Assembly: GCA_032718475.1 (NCBI GenBank)
Contig: JAUCBJ010001234.1
Location: forward strand, 1 to 64,000
From: Nemertoderma westbladi
Taxonomy: Eukaryota > Animalia > Xenacoelomorpha
Length of the DNA: 64,000 bases
Direction: 5' to 3'
Positions 1-13,410 of this stretch are shown here, piece after piece. Every line of letters starts with the position of its first letter. Position 1 is the first letter of the stretch. Position numbers and translations under genes: made by a program. The notes below the pieces were generated by a model. That model was not told where the DNA came from, searched no databases, and was given only the letters and a program-made list of their open reading frames with translations.

Positions 1-311
1 GCAACGACACGAACCAATACGCGCGGGTGGTAACAGCTGTAGGAGTAAGGCAGGCATCGCGAGGTTAGGCTACGCGTAGGTGATAGGCAGCGATTGGTTG
101 AAGGCAACGACGCGAATCAATATTGATGGTGACAGATGGTTATTAAACACCTCGATTTAGCACCGGAATTTGGCATTTTTTAATTGCCTCCGAGATGTGG
201 CCCGTAGCCCAGGCTAGGGAGGAGTTAGCCGAGAACTATGCTTCTCCTACTACTCACGTGGTGATCAAATCTTTCTGAGTTGTTGTTATAGGAAGTCGAG
301 TTTAATTCACA

Positions 312-964
312 ATGTCAATAATAATATTTTCGATTTTTTTCTGTCTCTCGGCTGTTTGTTGTTCGGCGGGTCCGAAATGTGACGGAGCTACTAAACGTAG
401 TGGGCCGTGTCCTGCCGTTGATACATCAATTGTTTGCGTTCAGCATTTCGATCAATGTCAGTGCGACGACGATTGTCCTGAGGTGTCCGACAAATGTTGT
501 CCGGGGGCGTGCGGGAAGGAATGCAGTCAGCGGATATGTAACAGGGAGAAAAAGGGAACCTGTCCTCCCATCAACCCAATGATTATGGCACCTTGTATGT
601 TAGGCGGAGATCAATGCCATTGCGATGACGATTGTGATGGCCGTAAGATGAAATGTTGCCGCAGCGCAACGTGTAATAAAATGTGTTTAGAGAAACGACG
701 TGAGTGCGGAAATGACAGGAAGGGTCGTTGTCCCAAATACATTCTGACATTCTGGTATTGTCCGGATAGGTTCCATTCGTGTGATTGCGACCAGCACTGC
801 CCAAGAGGTCAAAAGTGTTGCAATGACGGTTACGGTTGCCGTAATATTTGCCGGCCTTTGGTGAAGGAAGGTCAATGTCCGGCGTTACATCCAGGTGTGC
901 AAGTAAGATGTGAGCAAGTTGACGATGATTGCCAAGATGACACCGACTGTAGTGGTAATGAAAA
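312..964 (+). CDS. Secreted multi-WAP (four-disulfide core) protein, exon 1
   Basis: Hydrophobic N-terminus MSIIIFSIFFCLSAVCCSA. Repeated G-x-CP...C..D..C....KCC...C...C WAP motifs. The ORF runs into a donor AA|GTAAGT at 964/965 (phase 2). Confidence 0.88.
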
Positions 965-1936
965 GTAAGTTTAAACAAAATGCCAAATTATCCCACTTTA
1001 TGAACTGTATTCTCTACATTATATTGCCAACGTTGGATAAGAACTCAGTAATCCAGCGCTTTTTTACTCGATCGCAAGCACACGAGACCCATCTTTCCAT
1101 ACATTAATAGAAAGTAAGGATCTACCCTCGATCTACTGTAGGCTATGGATCTATGCGCTGCTACTGTACCGGTACTAAACAAACATAGACTGAATCTCTA
1201 TGGAGAATAAAGAAGTATACAGTATGTAGATCCCTACCATATGGGAATGATGACGCGTTATTTGTTGTGTTTGTGTATACAGAACGGATAGTACAGTACC
1301 AGATCGTGATAATCTACGAAAACAGGCGTAAACAAGCGAATACACTTGGAATGTAGGGAAAACAGACGAAAACAATTAGAACGTAAACATAATAAATGCA
1401 ACTAAATTTTAAAATTTTTATGACACATACTTAAATGCAATATTTATTTTCACCTTTTTACATTGGAGTTATTTTCGCATGTTGTCGCTTGTTTTCGTCT
1501 GTTGTCAAGATCACGTACTGTCCATACCGGTACATAACACGATCCGCCGGAAGATAACTCAGTATTTAAATTTCGACACGACGGTGTTAAATCCCTGTAA
1601 ATCGTAAATACTGTTTTTTGGTACCAGTGCAGCTACAGTAATAATATAAAATAAACACTTAATTGGTATTTACTTCAGTCAAAATACAATGATAACACGA
1701 CATTTTAACAATAACATTATATTGTCCGTTAAATAAAATACTTGCTACCTTCTCGTCCTTTGATCAACTGTATCTTATTGACCTCACTTGCAGCGCTCGC
1801 TCGTAGATAAGTGATGCCTGGACGAATTGGGAAGATTTTATTTACCGAAACATAAATATTATAATCGCATTTTTAATCTAATTTTATTAGCACTGTTAGA
1901 TAAACAAGCCCTTAACAGACCAATCTGATATTACAG

Positions 1937-2162
1937 ATGTTGTCAAGATTACTGCCTGAAGGTATGTAAGCGGCGGGAACCGGATCCAACTTGCCCTGAT
2001 GGGAGTCCACAGCCTTACTGTCTGACCACCCCGTGCGACTCGATGTGGTGTTTGGACGAAGGCGTCACCTGTCAGCAGAAACCTTGCAGGGGCTGTTGGG
2101 CTTACGACTTTGTCCATGAGAATGGTGATGTTGTAGAATGTAAAATGCTTGCTATGGCCTAA
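1937..2162 (+). CDS. Multi-WAP protein, exon 2 (completes the 4th WAP domain, then a C-terminal Cys-rich module)
   Basis: Acceptor TTACAG|A at 1936/1937 in matching phase. It reads (K)CCQDYCLKVCKRREPDPTCPDGSPQPYCLTTPCDSMWC...CKMLAMA*. The spliced product is 292 aa. Confidence 0.85.
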
Positions 2163-2607
2163 TCGCAAGAGGAATTGTTTAGACTTACTCCGATTGGTAC
2201 AGATACTAAATAAGTATATGAATTAATTGCATATTTATACGAATTATATAATTATACTGAGGTTGCATGGGTATTAATAATTAATGTGATGTTATGGGTA
2301 TGTTATTTAATACATAACGAATTGTTGGTTATAATAGAAGTAGGACAACATTTACCCGAAGAAAAGATACTCTAAGGGTTTATTATTTATTTACTGAATA
2401 CCTTTTGTAATCAACAGAAGACAACAATAGAAACTATTAAAAATAATACACATCTACCTACAGTACTACTGTAGTAAGTCATTAGCACTGTATGCCTGAA
2501 TAATTATAAAGCTGAAACATACAATGTGGGACGCTATTAAATTAATAAAGATTAATAATAATAATAATAAATTAACGTGAACTTATTAATGACACGTATT
2601 AATGAAA

Positions 2608-4779
2608 TAGCGATATATATAGATAGATCCATAGCGATATATATAGATAGATCCATAGCGATATATATAGATAGATCCATAGCGATATATATAGATAGAT
2701 CCATAGCGATATGTATAGATAGATTCATAGCGATATATATATATAGATCCATAGCGATATATATAGATAGATCCATAGCGATATATATATAGATTGATCC
2801 ATAGCGATATATATAGATAGATCCATAGCGATATATATTGATAGATCCATAGCGATATATATAGATAGATCCATAGCGATATATATAGATAGATCCATAG
2901 CGATATATATAGATAGATCCATAGCGATATATATAGATAGATCCATAGCGATATGTATAGATAGATTCATAGCGATATATATATATAGATCCATAGCGAT
3001 ATATATAGATAGATCCATAGCGATATATATATAGATTGATCCATAGCGATATATATAGATAGATCCATAGCGATATATATAGATAGATCCATAGCGATAT
3101 ATATATATAGATAGATCCATAGCGATATATATATAGATAGATCCATAGCGATATATATATAGATAGATCCATAGCGATATATATAGATAGATCCATAGCG
3201 ATATATATATAGATAGATCCATAGCGATATATATATAGATAGATCCATAGCGATATATATATAGATAGATCCATAGCGATATATATATAGATAGATCCAT
3301 AGCGATATATATATAGATAGATCCATAGCGATATATATAGATAGATCCATTGCGATATATATAGATAGATCCATAGCGATATATATAGATAGATCCATAG
3401 CGATATATATAGATAGATCCATAGCGATATATATATAGATAGATCCATAGCGATATATATATAGATAGATCCATAGCGATATATATATAGATAGATCCAT
3501 AGCGATATATATATAGATAGATCCATAGCGATATATATATAGATAGATCCATAGCGATATATATATAGATAGATCCATAGCGATATATATATAGATAGAT
3601 CCATAGCGATATATATATAGATAGATCCATAGCGATATATATAGATAGATCCATTGCGATATATATAGATAGATCCATAGCGATATATATAGATAGATCC
3701 ATAGCGATATATATAGATAGATCCATAGCGATATATATAGATAGATCCATAGCGATATATATAGATAGATCCATAGCGATATATATAGATAGATCCATAG
3801 CGATATATATAGATAGATCCATAGCGATATATATAGATAGATCCATAGCGATATATATAGATAGATCCATAGCGATATATATAGATAGATCCATAGCGAT
3901 ATATATAGATAGATCCATAGCGATATATATAGATAGATCCATAGCGATATATATAGATAGATCCATAGCGATATATATAAATAGATCCATAGCGATATAT
4001 ATAGATAGATCCATAGCGATATATATATATAGATCCATAGCGATATATATAGATAGATCCATAGCGATATATATAGATAGATCCATAGCGATATATATAG
4101 ATAGATCCATAGCGATATATATAGATAGATCCATAGCGATATATATAGATAGATCCATAGCGATATATATAGATAGATCCATAGCGATATATATAGATAG
4201 ATCCATAGCGATATATATAGATAGATCCATAGCGATATATATAGATAGATCCATAGCAATATATATAGATAGATCCATAGCGATATGTATATAGATAGAT
4301 CCATAGCGATATATATAGATAGATCCATTGCGATATATATATAGATAGATCCATAGCGATATATATAGATAGATCCATAGCGATATATATAGATAGATCC
4401 ATAGCGATATATATAGATAGATCCATAGCGATATATATAGATAGATCCATAGCGATATATATAGATAGATCCATAGCGATATATATAGATAGATCCATAG
4501 CGATATATATAGATAGATCCATAGCAATATATATAGATAGATCCATAGCGATATATATAGATAGATCCATAGCGATATATATAGATAGATCCATAGCAAT
4601 ATATATAGATAGATCCATAGCGATATGTATATAGATAGATCCATAGCGATATATATAGATAGATCCATTGCGATATATATATAGATAGATCCATAGCGAT
4701 ATATATAGATAGATCCATAGCGATATATATAGATAGATCCATAGCGATATATATAGATAGATCCATAGCGATATATATA
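2608..4779. repeat. Minisatellite, 24-26 bp unit ATAGCGATATATATAGATAGATCC
   Basis: Directly visible tandem array with a variable (AT)n tract. It generates the spurious MDLSIYIA-type ORFs. Confidence 0.98.
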
Positions 4780-5460
4780 TCCAAAACTTGTAATGCCGCG
4801 TTCTTCCACATCCATAACATTCGCCGTATCATCAACTTTCTTGACCAAAAGTCCGCTAAAACAGTTATACATTCACTTATTTCAAGTCGGATTGACTACT
4901 GTAACGGCCTCCTCTATGGGGTGTCTAGCTACCAACTAGCAAAATTGCAACGTGTGCAAAACTCGGCCGCCGCCTACTAACTAAGGTTCACAAGTATGAC
5001 CACATTACGCCGAGTCTCAAAGAATTACATTGGCTACCAGTGCGTAAACGCATTGAGTTTAAATTGCTTCTTGTCCACAAGTCCACCTTAGGTCCGCACC
5101 ACATTACATATCTGACATGCTTGTCCGGGCCAATCGCAATAACAACACTACAAGGAATTGCACTACACTCACTTTCGTTGAGCCGCGATTCAACTGTCAA
5201 ACCCTAGGGCGCCGGGCATTCCCAGTAGCCGCCCCACGACTCTGGAACAAACTACCAAAAGATATCCGCTCGATTTCCGACACCACAATTTTTAAACAGC
5301 GACTCAAAACACATCTTTTTGAAATTGCATATAATTAAACTCCAAAACATGAACTCTCTAATTATTTTATTCCAACTCTAGATATCCAATCAACTCTCCA
5401 AAAACTGTAAACTTCTTTAAATTTGTTCTTCATGCGTTTTTTAGTGTTTGTGTTCATTTT
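4780..5460 (+). mobile_element. 5'-truncated L2-clade LINE (C-terminal part of ORF2 plus 3' UTR), degraded
   Basis: Translates as AFFHIHNIRRI..SRIDYCNGLLYG..KLQRVQNSAA / DHITPSLKELHWLPVRKRIEFK / GRRAFPVAAPRLWNKLP..FKQRLKTHLF, which are typical L2 ORF2 C-terminal motifs. Frameshifts are present. Confidence 0.9.
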
Positions 5461-6930
5461 ATTACCCCATTGCTCGGTGGGATAAATATTTCTCCATTTG
5501 ACGCAACACCGCCGCGGCCGCTATGAGGGAGGTGAATACCGCGGCCGCTCCTAAAGCCGCAGGCCATCGCTAACCATATAGGTAAACTTGGGATTCTGGG
5601 GGACTTTTCGATGAAGGAACAGACCAAATTTTTTTATTTTCTCACCAGGGGAGCGGCTCGGAATTCTAAGATATTAGCAACTCTAACATTATTAAATCTA
5701 ACCCTTCGACGGACACGGCGGACAAAAAACCGTCATTTTTTCGACAATTTTAAATTTTTTTGAAAGGCGCTCTACAGTGGCTCGAAAAAACCCTAGGTTA
5801 TTGCTTAGCCGACGCCGGGATACGATAGAAGGGATTAATTAGTGAATTCGTTTTTTTTTCAAAAAAGATTACCACGCCTTTTTTCCGAAAATGTCCGTCA
5901 AAGTTGAAAAAACGGACAAAATGACTTTGCGGGATACGCTATAACTCGGCTAATATTAATCGTACGGGGACGAAAGTAACGCGGTTGGAAAGGGGAAGAG
6001 TGGTACTACCTTCGTATCGAATGGGGGTAAGATATTTATTAAAATTTCGGGTGGAAAAAGGGGCTGTAAATTTGTACGTTTTTGTCCGTCTTTTTTGGAA
6101 AACTTATTTCCGAAATGTTTAATTCGACAACGCGGGTAGGAATCCACTAATTCTTTTATGAAACTCGTAGAAGACCATTGGGGCTACGTTCCTATCGAAT
6201 GGGGGTACAAAAAATATGTCGGCAATAGGGGCCAAAAAGGGCCAGAATTTGTAAAGTAGTTTTTATCGAATAATTTTTTATTTTTAACTTTAGTTGGTTA
6301 AGGTACATTCTATACAGTCAATATCCATACGGGGAATTCAAATATGCTATCGGTTTTGCTCCAAGGATGATATTTAAAAAATGAGGGCCAAAATTATAAT
6401 TTCGCGCTTCAAACTTGCTTCGCGGGAAATCGTCTAGCTCGAAAACTACTTAACTTACGGGAGATTTATTTACACAGACTTATAGTGCGTTAAATTATCT
6501 ATCTAACAGCGTTAATCACAGTGCCGGAGGTATTATAAAACTGGAGCGGCAGGCGATCGTGTGAAATATAATATTTATAAAAAGGGACGAAAAATTTCTT
6601 TTTTTAACAAATCGCTATTCCATTATAATTTAGCGTATTGCGCCAAAAGTACCTGTAAAAAGTATCAAATTAACTCCGCTATCTTTTATCTTAACATATA
6701 TAATTAAAATTACGAATTTTAAGGGTCGAAAAATATCGCGTTATTTTGGCCCTTTTTTTAATTTTTTTGGGGCCAAAAATAACCCCTTCTCAAAAGATTA
6801 AGAAAAAAATTACGGCAAAGAATATACCAATTTTATTGAATTTGGACCACCAGAACCGAAGTTAGAGCGATTTTAGTGAAAAAATAAAAATAATTTTTTT
6901 TGCAAAAAAATTAAGAATGGTCAGGTCAAT

Positions 6931-6996
6931 ATTGGATTTCGAACCCGCGAACTTAGGTTTCATTAACGTGATTGATAACCACTAGACTATGTGACC
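6931..6996 (-). repeat. tRNA-derived fragment (SINE head-like)
   Basis: The minus strand shows an A-box-like TAGTCTAGTGG and a B-box-like GGTTCGAAATCC. No complete cloverleaf. Confidence 0.5.
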
Positions 6997-8744
6997 AAGA
7001 GAATTTGAAATTTTCGAGTGACTATTTTTAAACATAAATAACTTCGGTTCTACAGGGCCGTTTAATCTGAAACTTTTTTCATTGGATAGAGGATAGATTG
7101 TAGTGTGTGAAATAGGATAAAACTTGGGAAAAGACTTATGTGCACTTAGTGCAAAATGCACTTAAATAGTGAACATTTTTTCGATATTTCAAACACTATT
7201 ATTTCCAGTTATATTCATCGTAGAATGTTATTTTTTGGATTAAAATGTAGTTTGGAATGATTTCTAACTATAATCGTAACATTTGTTTAACTTTTTATGT
7301 CTATAAAGTGACTTAAAATGTCCATGAATATGGTCCAAAATCGCAAATCCAGATTTATTAAATTGGATTTTTGACACTTTTAGCGACTGACACTTGATCA
7401 TACACCATCGTAGATCGGTAGAGGATAAACATAAGTTTGTTAAATAAGAGCCACCATTACGATCTGCTAAAGTGCATTTGTACAAATAAGTGTGCAAAAG
7501 TGCAAATTTTTTAATAAGGTCAAATTATATAGTATTGGGTTATTTTCTTTGCAGATACTTTATTTTCATATTAATATGTTGTTTGAACCTTACTGAGCGC
7601 ATTAGGGGATATGCGTACAAATAACCGGCCCTTATGAGGCTTCGATTGGGTAAATTAATAAAACATAAGGTTGTATAGTATAATATTCTAAAAACCAGTG
7701 TGATATTAAATGCACTATAAATAATAAATAGAAATCAAATAACAATTGGACCACACAATTAAAAACTCGCACAACTTTGTACTTATTATATCGCTTCAAA
7801 TTAATTCAACAGTTGATATTTGGGGGAAGGGGGAAGTTACAGTGTGCATTCGGGGGAAGTTTGGTGAACTGCATTTATGCAGTGAATCCAAACTTTCCCC
7901 TTTGATATATCATATACTTAAGACATGCTAGGGTGACGGGGAAATATTTGTTACTGTCACACTTTGCTTCCATTTATCCTATCCTTTATTATTACCCCAG
8001 TCAGATAAGAGATAATAAACCAGTAAAAACTAAACTGTCTTTCATGCAAACAAATTTCTAACTAAAGACGGCTGAATGACCATGACCATGGAAATAATTT
8101 TAAATATAATTGTATATCAACTATTTGGGGAGGCTTCCAAGTTAAACCCGAAAACAATTATTTTGTTACATACAGTAGTAAATAACGTTGTATGTTCTTC
8201 TTCCTCTCATAATAAAATATAAATGAAATATCTCAGATCGCTATGCCCTGTAACATTTCACAACCAAAATATTTAAGTGTGAAAAGTGTAGGCCTACCAC
8301 ACTCCGCCCAAACAACCGCAAACGCATAGCCAACAAATTTAACAAAAGGTTACATACATGTTGGGTTCATGACGAGATGAGTGAAAATTGATCGCGTAAT
8401 ATAAAGTAAAAAATTAAGAGACGGGCTGGCTCTCCTCCACTTTCTTACCCAATGGATATGTTGTTGTAATAATCTAATATTGGGGCGGCTTTCTCTCGTT
8501 TTTATTGTTTCAGTACGTCCGTCAACTACACTTTTTAACTATGCTAATTAATTTTTTTATTACATATTTTTTACTGTACGTTTCATTTACGGCGAGTATA
8601 TATATCAATTTGTACTGTATGTTCCACTTTTTAACGATTGTAATAACTTTTAGTCATTTTGAACTGCACGTTTTATCGTTAGTGACGACTATAATTTTTT
8701 AATTTCTGTACTACTTGCACTGCTAGTTTTAATGTTATATTGCT

Positions 8745-8801
8745 TGTGACGTAAACGCCTTAGCATACTTCTATTGTTGTAAATTCGGCGCTATACAAAT
8801 G

Positions 8802-8836
<35 letters not shown>
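8745..8836 (+). mobile_element. L2-type LINE/SINE 3' tail with (ATT)n
   Basis: GTAAACGCCTTAG...GGCGCTATACAAATGC followed by an (ATT)n run, resembling L2 3' termini. Confidence 0.6.
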
Positions 8837-8837
<1 letters not shown>

Positions 8838-9145
8838 GAATAACCCAAAAGAAATTGAAGGCCCACTAACTAAGTAAGGATTTCGACTACTGCAGGACTG
8901 GCATAACTATGAATACCAGCCATAGCTGCGTTGTCCATTCAGATTTCATAAGAAACGGTCTTTATATTCAAACCTTTATAGTTTTATATTATCCCAAGCA
9001 ACAGAGTTCCTGGGAAATCAGTCACTACTGGGTTTTAGTGTTGAACATTTGAGTGTTGCAGAAATGTAATGAAACTTTTTTTAAGGTCAATGCTTTGCAG
9101 TATTGGTAGTATTTCATTTAGTCTACCCGACCAAACATATAATGT

Positions 9146-10776
9146 TTATCGCGGAGAAACACAGACGAGATAGTCCTGTGGAGTAAATGTCGCCCCAATA
9201 CGGAACTCAGAGGATGGTGTGTCAAACCTCTGGAGTGCCCTCTGGAATACTGAAAGTAAATTGGTGTAACAGAGTAGCAAAGAAGATGTATAATTCTATC
9301 CGTGCCAGTTTCTCGCCCAAACAAGCCCTAGGTCCGATTCCAAAGGGAATAAATGATTCAATTATTTTGAGTTTTCCGTTTTCATCAAGAAATCTATCCG
9401 GATTAAATTTCATTGGTTCTTCCCACTGATCATTAAAACAAGACGCGTATATACTGTAGAACAACACCATGTTCTCAGGTATATCATACTCTCTTAGTTT
9501 AAAGGTTTTTGATACGCGATGTGGTATGGGCTGTGGTGCAATGCAGCCTCTCCTGAGAACTTCCTCAATGACCGCAGAAACATAAATCAAATACTTTTGT
9601 TCGCGCTTTCAGACCTTTGGCAGTTTAACCCGCCAAATTACAACTACAGAGTATTTTAATGTAAAAGATAATAAAAATAACGGGGCAATTCAGCAAAGGC
9701 TTTTACAACTTTCTATCCGACAGATTCGGCAAACGATCTCTTCCAACTACTCTGTCGATTTCGCACTGCGCTCTCTTTTGAATGTCGGGGTTTAAAATCA
9801 TGAATAGTATCGCCCAATTAAGAACACTGCTTGTGGTTTCGGTGCCCGCGAAAAACAAGTCACGAACTGTTATGTACAAACCAAACTCATTAAATATATC
9901 GTCGTTATTTCCATGCTTCTTTTCTTCCACCAAATACGCGTCGATAAAGTCGTTGACGCAGTTTTCATCAAACTTTTTTCTATGGCTGTTGATTTCTTCT
10001 TGAATAAATTTTTTTATTTCTTTATTAATAAGAAATAATTTTCTGGCATTTGTGCCAGGAACGTTAATAAATGCCCGCCAAAATAACGTCAGAGAAGGCT
10101 TTCCGAGAAGTTTGAACATTTCGTCCAAGTAATGAATTTGTTTAGTAAAATATTTGTCATTGTAGTCATACTGATGGCCAAAGACGATGCCACAAATAAC
10201 ATTAGAGACACTGGCAACAAGGATGTCCCTAGGGTTGAATGGTCCACTAATTTGATGAATATAGTCAGTTAATGTGATCGCCTCTTTCCTCACTCTTTCT
10301 TCAATCATATTTGTTCCCAATCCCATATTTCGGAATACGGAAAGTGTAAACTTACGCGTTCCCTTCCAAATGCGACCGCTTGAAGAGATAACTCCAGCTG
10401 TAAAACCCCTCCTTTTGTCAAACGTGATTTCCTTAAATAGCGCAAAAACGCTAACTCTGTCACTTGTCTTCTGTCCTTCAACAACAAATGCTTCTTTAAT
10501 ATCCTTATAATCAAAGATTCCCAGGACCTGAAATCCGGGAATTCTGCGCCGCATTAAACTGCCATATTTCTTTGATAAATTGAACAAGGCTTGTGGTCTG
10601 TTGTTACCTGTTAATGACAGCTCTTTTTGAAATCGCGGATCGAATAATGGGAGCATAAATCGTGGCATATAAGGTAAATGAAGGCCACGGTGGGGATTGT
10701 TAAACCATTTATAAGTTAATAGGGATGTTATAATAAATATTATTACACTACCGGTATATACAATAAGATTATCCAT
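9146..10776 (-). pseudogene. Cytochrome P450, clan 2 (CYP2-like), intronless and disrupted
   Basis: N-terminal TM anchor, WxxxR, AGTETT, EEVLR, PDRF and the heme motif FGIGPRACLG are present. It is interrupted by a 110-bp insertion at 9598-9707. A second frameshift near 9220-9230 precedes the natural end (SEFRIGATFTPQDYLVCVSPR*, stop at 9146). Confidence 0.85.
9598..9707 (-). mobile_element. 110-bp miniature solo LTR related to the BEL/Pao LTR at 47985-49280
   Basis: TGT...ACA termini and a perfect 5-bp TSD ACTTT (9593-9597 and 9708-9712). Removing it restores DRKYLIYV in the P450. Both ends resemble the ends of the large LTR. Confidence 0.85.
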
Positions 10777-11089
10777 CTTTATAGTCAAAAAGATATTTAA
10801 GCGTCTTAATAACACGTAATTAATAGTCTCGTTAGTAGTTGTTTATAATATTGGTTTAAATTCGTTATTGGGCATTATTTATTCAAAGTTGGAAAATATC
10901 AGCGGACTTTGCAATATTGTCAACGTTTGCAATGAGCGCATTGGTTATACCTAGATTATTATTATATAAGATTACTGACTTTTGTTTACTTTAGTTATGA
11001 ATCCTTGTAAAATATTAAGGGTGGATAGGGTACCGCTGTACTATTGATATTGCCTTTTCATCAAACGCGTAGGCCCTATAGTACACGTT

Positions 11090-13410
11090 AACATTTTTGG
11101 AGAACGTATTTGGAAATGCGGAGGAAGGCGTTATATCCTACCTCGATCGCCATGGTATACGTGTCCACCGAATAACAACTAGAAATAGTAAGAATAGTAG
11201 AAATATGAGGATCACTGTTGACATCAATGATAGCGGAAGACTGAAACTTGACAACTTTTGGCCTTCTGGAATTAAATGTCGAGAATGGATATATCACCAA
11301 AGAATATATTGCGGCCAGAACAATGACCACTCTTCACAGCACAGACTCTCTGCCGCTGCCGCATCCCATTATGGATATACCAGCCATCAGAGACGGACAC
11401 ATTATGTTTGACGAAAGTAGAAAGGATGAACTGAGAAGAATAGGAGCAGATGAAGTGAAGGATGAGGTCAAGTGAATGTACATTAAATACTCATGGATTT
11501 TTAACAAACATGGACTATATCAAGGACCTCCTCTCGCAGTGTGACTTTCTTGCTCTCCAGGAACACTGGCTTGACGATATGGAGTGCCAAAGTCTTCTTG
11601 TCAACCTTCATGAAGATTTCGACACAGTTTACGCCGTCAGAAAAATGATGGAATCTGAACACCGTGTACGAGGGGCTGGTGGAGTAGCACTACTTATGAG
11701 AAAAGACAAGCTTAGGACTTGGTCAGATATTAATGGAGGTGGTGACATTGTTGGTATCACTGGCCAGTGGCCAGCCACACAGTAGTGGTTGTCAGCCACT
11801 CTTGTTACTATCTTGACATGGTCCAGACACGATGGGCCTAGCAGCATACCAGGATTTTCTGGGTCGCCTGGAAGGCCTTCTCTCACAATATGAAGGATGT
11901 CTACCAATAATCCTAACTGATTCGAATGGCGATGTAGGGCCTCTTCAGGGAAAACGAAGCGATTTAAAATATAGCAGGGCATCTACTCAAGGATCTTATC
12001 TGAACAGTTTCCTTTTATCTACAAACTTGCTTGCAGCGGACACTTATAATAAATTTATCGGACCAACCACTACATTTCGAGGGCCTAATGGCGGCGCATC
12101 ATATATAGATCACATTATAACATCACATAGTGGACTCAAGCAAATATCGTTTGGCTCAGTACTCCATGATGATCCTGCAAACAACAACTCAGACCACACC
12201 CCTGTTACCGCAACATTTAACCACAACATCTAATTTTTAACTCAACAAAGGGCTATCCAGATAAAATAGAACACACTAGCAGACCGAAGTTTAGGCAAGT
12301 CAGATTCAACTGGTCCAGGGTGTCCAGCTCTAACAGAGAAGAATACAAAACTGCCATTAGTTCAATAATTGTAAAGAAGATAGCAGAGTTGAAGAGTATA
12401 AGGCAGATGACCCCAGCATCGATCAGCTCAATCAATCATGGAAGGAATTCAATCAGCCATTATCAGCACTGCCAAACAGTTCATTCCAGTTCTCCAGCCA
12501 AATCGTAAATGCAGGAATCTTAGAATCCGCTCGAAACTCTTAAAGGACAGTTCCAAAGCAACACGTGACCTTTATAAACTCTGGAGTGACAATGGTAGAG
12601 ATCAAAAAGATCCCATCCACTATGAATTCAAAGAATCACAGCGACGTACTAAAAGAATAAAAAATTTCTTGAGTAAAAACCTAGTTAGATGCTCAAATAA
12701 TAATTGGTCTCATAAGTTCAACAGCAACCCTAAGTCCTTCTGGTCCAATGTGAACATATCGAGTAGGCCTACTGCACCTACATCTATGAGCCCACTATAC
12801 GGGAACACATCACTGCTAAGCTCAGTAGGAACCAAGGGCCAATTATCAACAGCCTCAATGATAAATTAAACTCAGCCTGTGCACATTCCTATATCCCCAC
12901 AAATATCAGTGCTGTCAGTAAAACGGGCGATATCAAATTTATCTACTGGAAAATCTCCTGACTTTGCCTCAATAACCGCTGAACATTTGCTGCAGATGAA
13001 CCCGGGCCCCATTTGTAGCTTTCTTGCTGATACTATAAACTTCTGCCTCCAGCTGAAACAAGTCCCGGAGATATTCGGTTATATATTCGGTCATATCGGC
13101 CTATAGCCTCAATTAGCCTATGGGCCAAGATATTTGAGAGGATCATGCTCATCGATTTCCTCGTAAACATTAAGGTAAACGATAATCAGACTGCCTACCG
13201 GGATAAAATCCGAACAGACATTGCCATAGCAACGGTCCTGGCTGGAATGCCTGAACCATAATCTACACATGAAGAGCTCGGTTTCCTTTGCCAACTCGAC
13301 AGTGAGTCAGCGTTTGACTCAGTGGATTTCACATTACTGGGGAAGAAGATGCTGGAATACGTCAATCCACACATAGTTGCTACAATTCTCAATTACTACC
13401 GCATAGTGTA
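11090..13410 (+). mobile_element. Degraded non-LTR retrotransposon (CR1/L2-group-like): ORF1 end, APE endonuclease and partial RT
   Basis: ORF1-like FWPSGIKCREW. Endonuclease motifs DFLALQEHWL, GGVALL, YIDHII and SDHTPV. RT N-terminal AISNLSTGKSPD..ITAEHL. Many stops and frameshifts. Confidence 0.85.

Noticed and set aside
2552-4872. Long ORFs of 622-715 aa on the minus strand
   Set aside because: They are translations of a stop-free 24-bp minisatellite (MDLSIYIA/YRYGSIYI), not genes.
6931-6996. Functional tRNA gene
   Set aside because: Only A/B-box-like motifs are present, and the acceptor and anticodon stems do not form.
5465-7608. DNA transposon with CCCC...GGGG ends
   Set aside because: The inverted-repeat match is short and gapped and there is no clear TSD. 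It is probably repetitive but not supportable.
9598-9707. Possible intron in the P450
   Set aside because: The GT/AG combinations tested do not restore the frame. The 5-bp TSD and TG..CA ends indicate an LTR-type insertion.
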